64,000 nt of DNA from Lachnospiraceae bacterium (GCA_015057615.1 SVEA01000031.1:11432-75431); one strand, 5' to 3'. Shown: positions 40,500 through 51,031, counted from the first letter of the stretch. A program made the numbers and translations. The notes: generated by a model from the letters alone, not told the origin.

Positions 40500-41663
40500 A
40501 TGAAAATAGGGATAATCACATTTCACTTTGCAGAAAATTACGGTGCTGTATTACAATGCTATGCATTACAGCAATACTTTGCAAATCTGGAATGTCCGGT
40601 GGAAATCATTAATTATAGACCCGATTATCATACCGTAGAGTATGCGGCGTTTCTAAGCCCGTACAAACGCTTCAAAAAGGATTTATATAAGAATAGAGAA
40701 TATAAAGGATCCGATAAAATGAAAAGGATCGTGAAAGGACAGCTATTGAACCTTAGAGATCTTTTTTATAGAGACAAAATAAGAAAAAAGCGACAGGCAT
40801 TCTTAGATTTTGAAGCGCAATATTTGAAGGAGACAAGAGAATATAAAACTTTAGAAGAAATACAGCGAAATCCGCCGGAATGTGACGCTTATATATCCGG
40901 AAGCGATCAGCTTTGGAATCCCAAGCTTACGAATGACCAGCTGGATAGGGCTTATTTTCTGGATTTCGGAGATCTTGCAGTAAAAAGGCTCACCTATGCG
41001 GTTTCTGCCTGTCAACTAGACGTAAATAAATACCGGAAGCAATTAAAAAAGCTATTGTCCAATCTGGATGGAATTTCCCTTAGAGAAGATAGAAAACGAG
41101 CGGATTTGAGTAAAATATATGATGGAGATATTGTATGCAATATAGATCCGACCCTGCTACATAAAAAAGAGTTATATGATGAAATTCGTACAAAAGAGAA
41201 GCAGGAAACAGATTATCTACTGTTGCTTTTATTTAGTAAAGAATCGCAAAGAAAGCTTAATAAGGTTCTTGCAGGTATTACCGCCGAGCTGCAGGTAAAG
41301 CCGCTTATTTTTCATCCGACCGTTTCCAGAATGAAATGGGATGTGCCGGTAATCACACCGGTGGGTGTCGGTCCCAGCGAGTATATAAGCTATATTGCCA
41401 ATGCAAAATATATTATAACCGATTCGTTCCATTGCACCGCATTTTCAATTATTTACAAAAAAGAATTTATTACATTACCCTTAAAAGGCAGGGGAGAACG
41501 TATGATAGAGCTGCTATCCGGGTTGCAGCTGGAGGACCGAATAGCCAATACGGAGGAAGATCTTTTAAAATTGATCCATAGAAAGCTGGATTATTCCAGG
41601 ACGGATGAGCTTTTAGAAGCAGCGAAGGAAAAAACGGATCATTATTTTAAAAAATATTTATGA
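40500..41663 (+). CDS. Polysaccharide pyruvyl transferase family protein
   Basis: NYGAVLQ, GSDQLWN, ISLRE, DPTLL, ITDSFH. Confidence 0.9.
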   Translation: MKIGIITFHFAENYGAVLQCYALQQYFANLECPVEIINYRPDYHTVEYAAFLSPYKRFKKDLYKNREYKGSDKMKRIVKGQLLNLRDLFYRDKIRKKRQAFLDFEAQYLKETREYKTLEEIQRNPPECDAYISGSDQLWNPKLTNDQLDRAYFLDFGDLAVKRLTYAVSACQLDVNKYRKQLKKLLSNLDGISLREDRKRADLSKIYDGDIVCNIDPTLLHKKELYDEIRTKEKQETDYLLLLLFSKESQRKLNKVLAGITAELQVKPLIFHPTVSRMKWDVPVITPVGVGPSEYISYIANAKYIITDSFHCTAFSIIYKKEFITLPLKGRGERMIELLSGLQLEDRIANTEEDLLKLIHRKLDYSRTDELLEAAKEKTDHYFKKYL

Positions 41664-41666
41664 TAT

Positions 41667-41894
41667 AAGTATCAAAAGCTGATTTATAAAATTAACTTTA
41701 TCAATTTGCACAATTTATGCATTGATAAGTAATATGAAACAAATTTCATTCACAACACATTGTCTCACCAAGAACTGCATAAAATGCAGTTCTTGGATTG
41801 AAGTACGTAAATGGTATATAAGATCACAAAACACATGATCTAAGTACCAACGACTTTAAACAGTTGCGCATTAAGATTTTGCTTCCGATTACTT
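41667..41894 (+). mobile_element. Family B repeat (left end, core and linker)
   Basis: AAGTATCAAAAGC start; core is the reverse complement of 9985-10140. Confidence 0.75.
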
Positions 41895-41934
41895 ATCTTC
41901 ATATCATCTTTATAAGATAGGTAGGGGTATCTTT

Positions 41935-43215
41935 ATGAAATATTGTATTAAAATTAGTAAGAAGGAATTGCTTTCGAATATGATTGCATGGTGTCTGGCG
42001 TTAAATTTCGGATTCTATCCAATCTTAAGTAAGGTGTTTTCACCTCCGCTTGATAGCGGCTTCCTATTGATCGCATTCCTGCTTGCGATACTGAGCTTAC
42101 TGGTAAGCGGCTTCCCCTATATGAAATGTATGCTTCCCTGGATTCTTGTCTGGGCGCTGATTACCATAAACTGCATACATTTTGAAAGTACCTTTGCCTC
42201 TTCACGAGATCTTTTAATCTATCTAGTATGTATGTATTCCCTGGCTAAGAAGGAAGCGTGGATGGAGCAGATCATTAAAGTCCTATGTACGGTTTGCATG
42301 CTGCATGTTGCGGCTACCATTGTGTTTTTTATTTTCCCTTTCTTTTATAGGGCAACCATGCCAAAGTTTTGGGGATTCTATCCAATCGGAACCGAAAATG
42401 GATGGAAGGGGTACCGGGCGGCGTTAAGCCCGCATTATTCAACGAATGGTATTTACTGTGCAATCGCCTTTCTAATTTCAGGAGGGAGGTACCTAATCGG
42501 AAGAAATACAAATATCGTGAAAAAGAGATTATTTAAAATCATGCTGCTGTCTTTTGCTACGGTGCTGTTGACTACGAAAAGAGCGCACCTGCTCTTTTCC
42601 GTTCTATCCTTGATGGCGGGCTATTACCTATGTAAGCAGGAAAAAAGTTCAAAGAAATTATTAAAGCTGCTGCGGGGAGGAATCTTGCTTACCATTCTAT
42701 TAACAATATCCGTACATGCTTTTCCGGTTCTGGAAGAGACGGTTAACCGGTTTTTTAAAAGCGGAGACATTAGTACCGGAAGATTTGCCATGTGGGCATT
42801 GGCGTGGCAGCTGTTTTTACAAAATCCAATCATCGGTATTGGCTGGGGCAAATATGCTACGGTGATGTATCGACCGCTGGGAATACGCTCCGATTATGCT
42901 ACCAGTGTACATAATGTCTATCTGCAGGTTTTGTGCGAAACGGGAATCATCGGATTTTCGTTTTTTGTAATTGTTTTTTTCGTAACATATTATGCAACTA
43001 TAAAGACGATACGTACCTGTGAACTGGATCATAAATATTATAATATGCTATTGATTTCTGCTTTGATTCAGACCTTTGTACTGCTCTACAATTTTACAGG
43101 AAACTGTATTTATGACTTTACCTTATGTGTATATATGATTTCCGTTATGATTTCGATAACCATAAGAAAAAGAGCATTAAAAGCCGATTTAAAATTTGAT
43201 AATGAGGTGGAATGA
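41935..43215 (+). CDS. Wzy polymerase / O-antigen ligase family
   Basis: About 11 TMs, STGRFAMW, PIIGIGWG, HNVYLQVLCETGIIG. Confidence 0.85.
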   Translation: MKYCIKISKKELLSNMIAWCLALNFGFYPILSKVFSPPLDSGFLLIAFLLAILSLLVSGFPYMKCMLPWILVWALITINCIHFESTFASSRDLLIYLVCMYSLAKKEAWMEQIIKVLCTVCMLHVAATIVFFIFPFFYRATMPKFWGFYPIGTENGWKGYRAALSPHYSTNGIYCAIAFLISGGRYLIGRNTNIVKKRLFKIMLLSFATVLLTTKRAHLLFSVLSLMAGYYLCKQEKSSKKLLKLLRGGILLTILLTISVHAFPVLEETVNRFFKSGDISTGRFAMWALAWQLFLQNPIIGIGWGKYATVMYRPLGIRSDYATSVHNVYLQVLCETGIIGFSFFVIVFFVTYYATIKTIRTCELDHKYYNMLLISALIQTFVLLYNFTGNCIYDFTLCVYMISVMISITIRKRALKADLKFDNEVE

Positions 43216-43219
43216 TGGG

Positions 43220-44350
43220 ATGAAGCTATGTGAGGAACACAAATGCTATGGATGTGATGCATGTATCAATATATGCCCTGTAAATGCAATACAAATGACG
43301 AAGGAACAAAACGGCTTTTTATATCCGGAGCTGGATGAAAAGCAATGTATAGATTGCGGCTTGTGCGGCGCTGCTTGTCCGGGAAATGAAACTAATTTCA
43401 GCGATATCATTCGGAAGGATAATGTTGTGGAATATGCGTGTATCCACAAGGACAAACGAATCGTTCACACGAGTCAATCGGGTGGAGCATTTTATGGTCT
43501 GGCAGAGACAATACTAGAGCAGGGGGGAATTGTCTATGGAGCCGCATTTGATGAAGGGAATTATGTAGTACATTTAAAGGTTGATCAGCACGAGGACCTG
43601 TGGAGGCTGCAAGGGTCAAAGTATGTACAAAGCCGAATCGGCGATACCTTTAAGGAGATTGGAAAGCTTTTGCAAGATGGACGGACGGTTCTGTTCTCGG
43701 GAACTTCATGTCAGGCAGCCGGATTAATTTTGTATCTAAAGAATAAAAAAATAAAGGCAGCGAATCTATATACCTGTGATCTGCTATGTCATGGTATCCC
43801 CAGTCATATCGTTTTTAAAGATTATATCAGATTCCTGGAAGAAAAATATGGGGCGAAAATCAAGAAACCAAATTTAAGAGATAAGAATATAATAAACTGG
43901 AAAACGCATGTCGAGAGTTATTGTGACAGCCATGGAAATATACATACGGAATCCTTATGGACGGAATTGTTTTATTCGGATTTGCTTCTAAGAAGATCCT
44001 GCGGAGACTGCATATTTGGGAAAGAAAACTGGATTTCGGATATCACGGTTGGAGATCTATGGAAAGGCGAGGAGTATATCAATAATTTTAACGAATATCA
44101 GGACGGCATATCGGTGGCACTAGTTCATACGGAGAAAGGAAATGATTTAATAAAGTCCGGAAAATTTTCTCTACAGACAATAGAACATTATAGTCAAAGG
44201 TATTCTGCAAAATTATCCTATCAAGCCCCCAGGTTCTGGAAGGTGTATTACAGCAAAGGATTTGAGACTGCATTAAAGAAATTTACCAGCTATGGCGGGT
44301 TGGTTACTAAGTCGAAAAGAAAAATTTTAAGAAGGTTGAAGATGTGGTAA
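43220..44350 (+). CDS. 4Fe-4S dicluster + F420 hydrogenase/dehydrogenase beta-subunit (FrhB)-like protein
   Basis: CYGCDACINICP, CIDCGLCGAACP, SQSGG, GSKYVQS, GTSCQ, DLLCHG, CGDC, DITVGD. Confidence 0.85.
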   Translation: MKLCEEHKCYGCDACINICPVNAIQMTKEQNGFLYPELDEKQCIDCGLCGAACPGNETNFSDIIRKDNVVEYACIHKDKRIVHTSQSGGAFYGLAETILEQGGIVYGAAFDEGNYVVHLKVDQHEDLWRLQGSKYVQSRIGDTFKEIGKLLQDGRTVLFSGTSCQAAGLILYLKNKKIKAANLYTCDLLCHGIPSHIVFKDYIRFLEEKYGAKIKKPNLRDKNIINWKTHVESYCDSHGNIHTESLWTELFYSDLLLRRSCGDCIFGKENWISDITVGDLWKGEEYINNFNEYQDGISVALVHTEKGNDLIKSGKFSLQTIEHYSQRYSAKLSYQAPRFWKVYYSKGFETALKKFTSYGGLVTKSKRKILRRLKMW

Positions 44351-44352
44351 GT

Positions 44353-46998
44353 ATGAGGGAGTCAAGTCGAACACAGAAATTTTTCTATAATTCATTATCC
44401 ACAGCCTTTTATCAGTGTATTGTTATGCTGGCAGGCTTTGTAATACCGAAAGTAATGCTGCTTTATTATGGTTCGGAGATGAATGGTTTGGTATCGTCAA
44501 TCAATCAGTTTATCTCTTATTTTAACTTAGTGGAAGCTGGGTTAGCCGGAGCAGCCGTGTATGCACTCTATAAGCCACTGGCAGAGAATAATTATGAAGA
44601 GATCAATCATGTGGTATCAGCTACCAAAAAGTTCTACATCCAAGCAGGCAATGCTTTTGTTGTATTATTAATTTCCTTAGCTGCGCTCTATCCGATTATC
44701 ATAAAAAAGGGAAACTTATCCGGTGTAATCATCGGAGTTTTCGTTTTAATATTGGGAGCAAAGGGCGTATTAGAATTTTATACCTTGGCAAAATATCGGG
44801 TTTTATTAACAGCGGACCAAAAGACCTATGTGATATCAATTGCATCAAGCGTTTATACCATTTTAAATATGATCATTATATACTGCTTGGGCAGAGCAAG
44901 AGTTAGCATCCTGTTGTTATATGCGGTTTCATTACTCGCGGTTTTTGCCCGCACATTGATTCTGATGATCTATGTCAAAGTAAAATATCCTGCGATCGAT
45001 TATAATGCAGAGCCAGATAAAAAAGCATTAAATAAAAGATGGGATGCTCTTACGCTTCAAATATTAGGTGTTGTACAAAACGGGGCTCCTGCCATTCTGG
45101 CTACCTTTTTTCTGAATTTAACGACGGTAAGTATTTATGCGGTTTATACCATGGTGATTACGGGAATCAATGGGGTTTTAAGTATTTTCAACAGCGGATT
45201 ATCTTCTTCTTTTGGAGATGTGATTGCAAAAAAGGAAGATGATATATTAAAAAAAGCTTATGGAGAATTTGAATTTGCATATTATATGATAATTACCATT
45301 ATATATAGCATTGCATTTGTAATGATTACGCCATTTATTAAGGTATATACATCGGGGATCAAAGATGCAGATTATATACAGCCGATGATAGGCTTCTTCG
45401 TTGTATTAAACGGCTATCTGAGCAGTATTAAAACACCGCAGGGGATGCTTGTTATTTCTGCCGGTCATTATAAAGAAACGAAATATCAAACATTAGCACA
45501 GGCATTGATTCTGATTATTGCCGGATTAATTTTAGTAAAGCCGCTGGGGCTGATTGGCATTTTAATCGGCGCCTGTCTGTCGAATCTCTATCGGGATGCC
45601 GATTTAATGCTCTATGTACCTAAAAAAATAGTAAATATAACATGGATACGTTCCTTTAAGAGAATCGTATGGTCGGTTTTCTCTGTAATGGTAATCTATA
45701 TTATTTTTCAGGGACGGCTTACGCAATATGTTCATTCCTATGTGTCATGGATCGTTGTTAGCTTTCTCATTGGAATAGCTGCCACTGTGATCGTCTTGGC
45801 GTCTGCCATGATGATTGATCGAAAGCAGATGGGAGGAATTGCAAAAAGAATAATTCACATCCGATACAGGAAACCAATGGCTAAGGTAATAAAGATCGCA
45901 GTACTTGGTATTGCTGCAATTATTGCCGCGGCAGGTATCACTGCTTATGCTGTCCTCCATAGCTATCTGAATAAGATCAATCTTGTTACCGTCGATCAGC
46001 AGCCAAGTCCTCCTATAGCGGAGGAAGCAGTACCGGAATATGAAGACTTGGAAGTAGAGGCAGCTCCTTGTCCTGCCGCAGCCGATAGCATTGATTCTTC
46101 AGGAGAAGAAATTACGGCTATGGAAGACAAAATTCGCAAAAACATGGAGGCAAATCAGATTCCCATCCTACAAGATGAGGATGTTTTTAATGTTCTTTTG
46201 ATCGGCAGCGATACAAGAACATCCGGCGGTAATGGCCGATCCGATGCAATGATCGTTGTGTCGATTAATAAGAGGACAAAGACGATTACGGCAACATCCA
46301 TCCTAAGAGATATCTATTTACAAATTCCGGGAAAAAAGAATAATCGGATTAATGCTGCCTATGCTTTGGGCGGTGCAGATCTTCTTATGGACACGATAGA
46401 GCAGAACTTTAAGATGCCGATAGATCGCTATGCCTCCGTAGATTTCTTTGCCTTTGTTGATATCGTAGATGCTGTCGGAGGAGTTACAATAGAGGTTACG
46501 GAGAAAGAAATTCCGGTAATTAATCGTTATGTGGCGGAGATGAATCAGTTAACCGGGGTGGAGGAAAGCCTGGATCAGTTAACCACACCGGGGATTCAGA
46601 CGCTGAATGGGAAGCAGGCATTGGGATATGCCCGGAACCGTTATGTGGGGAATAATGATTTCGAACGTACGGCAAGACAGAGAAGGGTACTGGAGCAGAT
46701 ATTTACAGGGGCGAAAGATCTAAATATAATTGAGCTTAACAATCTGATGAAAAAAATCCTTCCTCAGGTAACAACGAATCTTAAGAAGGGGGAGATTTTC
46801 TCCCTGATTCTATCAATGCCTTCCTACATAGGGTACGATCTACAGCAGTGGAGTATCCCCGTGCAGGGTTCCTATTCCAACATGCGAATTCATGGAGCCG
46901 CCGTGCTTGGAATTGATTTTGATAAAAATATAGATGAAATTATTAAGAGGATATATAAAACGGAGCCAGAGACCGCATCCCAGGTGCAGACAAAGTAG
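44353..46998 (+). CDS. Wzx flippase fused in frame to an LCP (LytR-CpsA-Psr) domain
   Basis: About 500 aa multi-TM Wzx, then TM + LIGSD, GRSDAM, RDIY, RINAAY, ARNR, DFERTARQR; no stop between them. Confidence 0.85.
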   Translation: MRESSRTQKFFYNSLSTAFYQCIVMLAGFVIPKVMLLYYGSEMNGLVSSINQFISYFNLVEAGLAGAAVYALYKPLAENNYEEINHVVSATKKFYIQAGNAFVVLLISLAALYPIIIKKGNLSGVIIGVFVLILGAKGVLEFYTLAKYRVLLTADQKTYVISIASSVYTILNMIIIYCLGRARVSILLLYAVSLLAVFARTLILMIYVKVKYPAIDYNAEPDKKALNKRWDALTLQILGVVQNGAPAILATFFLNLTTVSIYAVYTMVITGINGVLSIFNSGLSSSFGDVIAKKEDDILKKAYGEFEFAYYMIITIIYSIAFVMITPFIKVYTSGIKDADYIQPMIGFFVVLNGYLSSIKTPQGMLVISAGHYKETKYQTLAQALILIIAGLILVKPLGLIGILIGACLSNLYRDADLMLYVPKKIVNITWIRSFKRIVWSVFSVMVIYIIFQGRLTQYVHSYVSWIVVSFLIGIAATVIVLASAMMIDRKQMGGIAKRIIHIRYRKPMAKVIKIAVLGIAAIIAAAGITAYAVLHSYLNKINLVTVDQQPSPPIAEEAVPEYEDLEVEAAPCPAAADSIDSSGEEITAMEDKIRKNMEANQIPILQDEDVFNVLLIGSDTRTSGGNGRSDAMIVVSINKRTKTITATSILRDIYLQIPGKKNNRINAAYALGGADLLMDTIEQNFKMPIDRYASVDFFAFVDIVDAVGGVTIEVTEKEIPVINRYVAEMNQLTGVEESLDQLTTPGIQTLNGKQALGYARNRYVGNNDFERTARQRRVLEQIFTGAKDLNIIELNNLMKKILPQVTTNLKKGEIFSLILSMPSYIGYDLQQWSIPVQGSYSNMRIHGAAVLGIDFDKNIDEIIKRIYKTEPETASQVQTK

Positions 46999-47150
46999 CG
47001 GATGCAGCAAAGAAATATTGCATTTATAAAGTAATCCTATATAATAATAAAAAACAGAGTAAAATACAAGGCTTGCTTACAATTTCTGATCGGAGCAGCA
47101 AGACCAGGAATACGATTAGGAACGAAAAAAGCAAACGAAGGAGGAATTGT

Positions 47151-47525
47151 ATGTTTAAAGTGATTAATACAAGCAAAGCACCGGCGGCTATCGGACCCTA
47201 TTCCCAGGCATTGATTCACGGCAGCTTATTATTTGCATCGGGGCAGATTCCGATCCATCCGGAGAACGGACAAGTGGTGGAAGGAGATGTCAAAGCGCAG
47301 GCACATCAGGTTATGAAGAATATTGGGGAAATCCTTGCGGAAGCGGGTACTTCCTATGAAAATGTTATTAAAACGACCTGTTTCTTAAAAAGCATGGATG
47401 ATTTTGCAGCATTTAACGAGGTCTACGCGGAGTATTTTACCGGTAAGCCGGCTCGTTCCTGTGTCGCAGTGCAGAAGCTCCCAAAGGATGTCCTTTGTGA
47501 AGTGGAGGTTGTTGCAATAATCTAA
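47151..47525 (+). CDS. RidA/YjgF enamine-imine deaminase
   Basis: APAAIGPYSQA, SGQIP, KTTCFL, FNEVY, PARSCV, LPKD; ATG after GGAGG. Confidence 0.93.
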   Translation: MFKVINTSKAPAAIGPYSQALIHGSLLFASGQIPIHPENGQVVEGDVKAQAHQVMKNIGEILAEAGTSYENVIKTTCFLKSMDDFAAFNEVYAEYFTGKPARSCVAVQKLPKDVLCEVEVVAII

Positions 47526-47623
47526 GGTCTGTTGCGGAACAAATTCAAACGCCGCAAGAGGGTCTGTAATATAAGGTTGGAAGAACCGATGATTACAGAT
47601 CTTTTTGTTTGCTGATATAAGCT

Positions 47624-47828
47624 GTTACTGTTCACTCCCCTAACAAAGTCTATAATATGATTTCGACAAATGATATCTGATAAGGAGTATTTGCATTCGT
47701 CGGTACTTTGGCTCCGTATTTTGGAGCCTTATGTACCGCTACGTAATGCAACTAAGCGGAAGCGTCTCCGAATCGGATACATTTATTGAAATCATAACAT
47801 GGTATACATGTTGGGTGTGAATAGTAAC
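47624..47828 (+). mobile_element. Family A MITE, full-length 205 bp
   Basis: TIRs GTTACTGTTCAC / GTGAATAGTAAC; flanks TATAAGCT / TATAAACT (7/8 TSD). Confidence 0.85.
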
Positions 47829-47867
47829 TATAAACTGGAGCATTCTACGAAAGATATCATTAATGCA

Positions 47868-47896
47868 TTGACAAACGAATCGGTCTTATTTAGAAT
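47868..47896 (+). promoter_or_regulatory. Sigma-A promoter upstream of manA leader
   Basis: TTGACA-17-TAGAAT. Confidence 0.7.
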
Positions 47897-48050
47897 CATA
47901 AAGGAGTAGTCTTGCAAAAAGCAGCAGAAAATCCACATAGAGTATGTGACAGCGTGGCGTCCCATACCCAATGAATGTGCTAAAAAAGCTGCGCAGGAAA
48001 TTGAGGAAGTGTAAAGATTCGCTAAAAAACCACGCAGGAAAGAGGTAAGA

Positions 48051-48983
48051 ATGAAAGATATTATTTTTTTGGAACCGGTTTTTAAATCAGCTATTTGGGG
48101 CGGAACGAAATTAAATTCCGTATATGGATATGAGATACCAACCGACCACACAGGAGAATGCTGGGCAATCAGTGCTCATAAAAATGGGGATTGTACCATT
48201 TCGAACGGTGTCTATGCAGGGAAGACATTGAGCTGGCTCTGGGACAACCACAGGGAATTATTCGGCAATGCAAAGGGAGAAGTTTTCCCATTACTTATAA
48301 AAATAATTGATGCGAAGGCGGACTTAAGTATTCAGGTGCATCCGGATGATGCATATGCAAAGGTAAATGAAAACGGAGCGCTTGGCAAGACGGAATGCTG
48401 GTATATCCTGGACTGTGACGAAGACGGCAAGATTGTTGTAGGGCACAATGCAAAGGATAAAAACGAGCTGAAGCAAATGATTGCAGAGAAGAGATGGAAG
48501 GATCTTATCAATGTAAGATCGATCAAAAAGGGTGATTTCTTTCAGATCAATCCGGGAACGGTTCATGCAATAAAAGCTGGAACCTTAATCCTTGAGACAC
48601 AGCAGAGTAGTGATGTAACCTACCGCCTATACGATTATGATAGACTGGATCACGGCAAATTAAGAGAGCTTCACATTGATAAAAGTATTGATGTCATCCA
48701 GTGTCCTCATGTGGATGTAGAAGTAGGCGGCAGCTCCCTAGGGAATGAAACCTATAACATAGAGGAACTGATCCGCTGTCCGTTCTATACGGTGAAGAAA
48801 ATCAGCCTTCATGGCGAGTATGCCTTTAACCAGGATCATGCCTTCTTAAATGTAAGTGTAATTGAAGGCTCTGGAGAAATTGATGGAACTCCAATTAAAA
48901 AAGGAGCCCATTTTATTCTTCCTTCCGGCTACGGTACCTGTCATCTGAAAGGAAATATGGACATGATTGTATCCCATATTTGA
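48051..48983 (+). CDS. manA: Mannose-6-phosphate isomerase, class I
   Basis: IWGG, GECWAISAH, FPLLIKIIDA, LSIQVHP, KTECWY, PGTVHAI, ETQQSSD. Confidence 0.94.
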   Translation: MKDIIFLEPVFKSAIWGGTKLNSVYGYEIPTDHTGECWAISAHKNGDCTISNGVYAGKTLSWLWDNHRELFGNAKGEVFPLLIKIIDAKADLSIQVHPDDAYAKVNENGALGKTECWYILDCDEDGKIVVGHNAKDKNELKQMIAEKRWKDLINVRSIKKGDFFQINPGTVHAIKAGTLILETQQSSDVTYRLYDYDRLDHGKLRELHIDKSIDVIQCPHVDVEVGGSSLGNETYNIEELIRCPFYTVKKISLHGEYAFNQDHAFLNVSVIEGSGEIDGTPIKKGAHFILPSGYGTCHLKGNMDMIVSHI

Positions 48984-49000
48984 AAACAGAATAGTGATAT

Positions 49001-49249
49001 GAGTGTCATAAGTCATTTTAAGATTTTGGCATGAATAGGATTATATATATATTCATTTGGCTGCTTTACCTTCCTTAGCATATTCTTCTCCCCGCCTTAA
49101 AGCTAAGTGAAAATATTGCAACAAGCAAGCTCGATTTTTACCTGCGTCTCAAATCGAACATAAACAGCCTGCTTCAGCCAATCTTAGCCAACCGGAATAA
49201 TTATGAGGTTCTATTCATGTTCTTTGTTTTGATATGACCTTTGACACTC
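49001..49249. mobile_element. 249-bp TIR-bounded element (family D), MITE-like
   Basis: About 40-bp imperfect TIRs GAGTGTCATAAGTCAT...CATGAATAG vs (reverse complement) GAGTGTCAAAGGTCAT...CATGAATAG; no ORF. Confidence 0.65.
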
Positions 49250-50005
49250 ATTTCAATATTAATTTGCAAAAAAATAGTATAAGAATGTAGCTACAGTATA
49301 AAATTTAACTATAGTATAAAACGTAACTACATTAAGACCATCCAAGAAAAGTGCAGGGAACATAACATTTTAAATGGATGGCCTATTTTTTTGTAGTTGA
49401 TTTCTTTTTTAGCATCATTCGATCAGGTTATTGCTGCTTAAAAAGGCATGTTGTCCGCAAGACCCGTTTGCTTACAACCGTTCTTTAAGCAGCCAATCTT
49501 TTTCGGTCTTAGTATTTACAGTAATTATACTGCATTGTGACAGAAGGCTACGATTTGATCAATCGGAATATCATATACGGACCGGTAAAGCCACAGCCGA
49601 ACACCACCGAAGGTTGCGAATATCGTTACGGTCTCACTGGCAAATTTGCACAGATATCTCGTAAAAGGGATGGTACAATTGCTATTATTGCATACAAAAA
49701 GTGCCATATAAATGTGATTAAGTGAAGTGAATGGAAGATCGTGGATATATCGTTACCGTTTGAATTTCAACAAAAAACTACTTGAAATTCTACTATATTC
49801 TATGCCGCAGACATCAAATTGCGACATTTGTTTATTGAATATGACAGGATTGTGAAAGGATAGACTATTTTCTGAATCATTCCTCCTTGGAGGCCTCTTT
49901 GGATGTTGTAATTTTTGGAACGATTCGCTATACTTACCTTAGACTTAATACAGAAAATAGACCCGTCAACAAAGCTTATAATACCTAAGAGAAGGAGCGA
50001 TTGCT

Positions 50006-50398
50006 ATGTATGAAATGAAACCAGAGTATTATACCGGAATCGAATTTATCGACCAGGAGCATTCGAGGTTATTTGAAATTGCCGGTGAAGCATACGAACT
50101 GCTTAAAAATGATTTTATCCCGGATAAGTATGATTACATTCTTCATTTAGTTCAGGAATTAAAGGATTATACCAAATACCATTTCTCCCATGAAGAGGAG
50201 TATATGGAAAGCATTGGCTATAAGAGATTGCTGTCGCAGAAGGTGGCACATAATGATTTTATAGAGAAGCTGGATGCATTTGATACTACCCAGATTGATG
50301 AGAACCAGAAGGATACCCTGCTAGATTTGGTGGATTTTCTTGCAGTCTGGCTGGTAGAGCATATCTATAAGAAGGATAAGCTGATCGGTGAGGCTTAA
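50006..50398 (+). CDS. Bacteriohemerythrin
   Basis: IDQEH, HFSHEEEYM, HNDF, WLVEHI...D. Confidence 0.92.
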   Translation: MYEMKPEYYTGIEFIDQEHSRLFEIAGEAYELLKNDFIPDKYDYILHLVQELKDYTKYHFSHEEEYMESIGYKRLLSQKVAHNDFIEKLDAFDTTQIDENQKDTLLDLVDFLAVWLVEHIYKKDKLIGEA

Positions 50399-50481
50399 GA
50401 CGAAAGCAAGGATGAAATAGCTGCGGTGAATGGATCATCTTCGGAATTTAAAAATAGACCCATACGGAATTCATCCTGAGG

Positions 50482-50695
50482 ATTACGATTATAAGAGCAG
50501 AAGTAGCAAAGAGTTTGCCTTGGCAAACTCTCGCGCCGAGCGCGTTCTGCCGCAGGCAGATAAAATACCATACGAATACATGTTTCAAGTATTCGTTACG
50601 TGCTGAGTACGTCATCTCCATGCGAACCATGTTCGCATGGAGGTTTTTTGCCGTATAGGACGCAATTTTCTATACGATAAATAAGGGATTGTTGC
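50482..50695 (-). repeat. Family C stacked-hairpin repeat, longer variant
   Basis: Reverse complement of 11766-11934 with two extra internal hairpins. Confidence 0.8.
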
Positions 50696-51017
50696 ATTTT
50701 CATTTGCAGCAATCCCTTTTTCTATTTGTGTATAGCCCGCACTTTTACCGGCACGTTTTCTAAGCTGCTTCAATAGGGAGTAAAAACAGTTCAATATTAT
50801 ATGCGCTGGGAATAAAAAATATGCGATGAATTTTGTAAGAAAAGGATCAGAATGAGAGATTTCAATGAAGAGGAACCGGCAGGGAAGGAAAAAACAGAGA
50901 AAGATCCAAAGCACGGGATAGTAAGAGAGAAGAAATAAAAAGTGGATTTGTAAATACGCATAAGAATATGCCAATATAATAATTGAAGTTAGTAAATATA
51001 CCAATAGAGAAGGAATA

Positions 51018-51031
51018 TAAAAACGGTTTCA
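51018..51031. promoter_or_regulatory. Possible LacI-family operator / cre-like site
   Basis: TAAAAACGGTTTCA, 1 mismatch to TGWAANCGNTNWCA, upstream of a LacI-associated locus. Confidence 0.35.

Noticed and set aside
49431-49725. Three short overlapping ORFs
   Set aside because: No RBS or recognisable motif in any frame examined.
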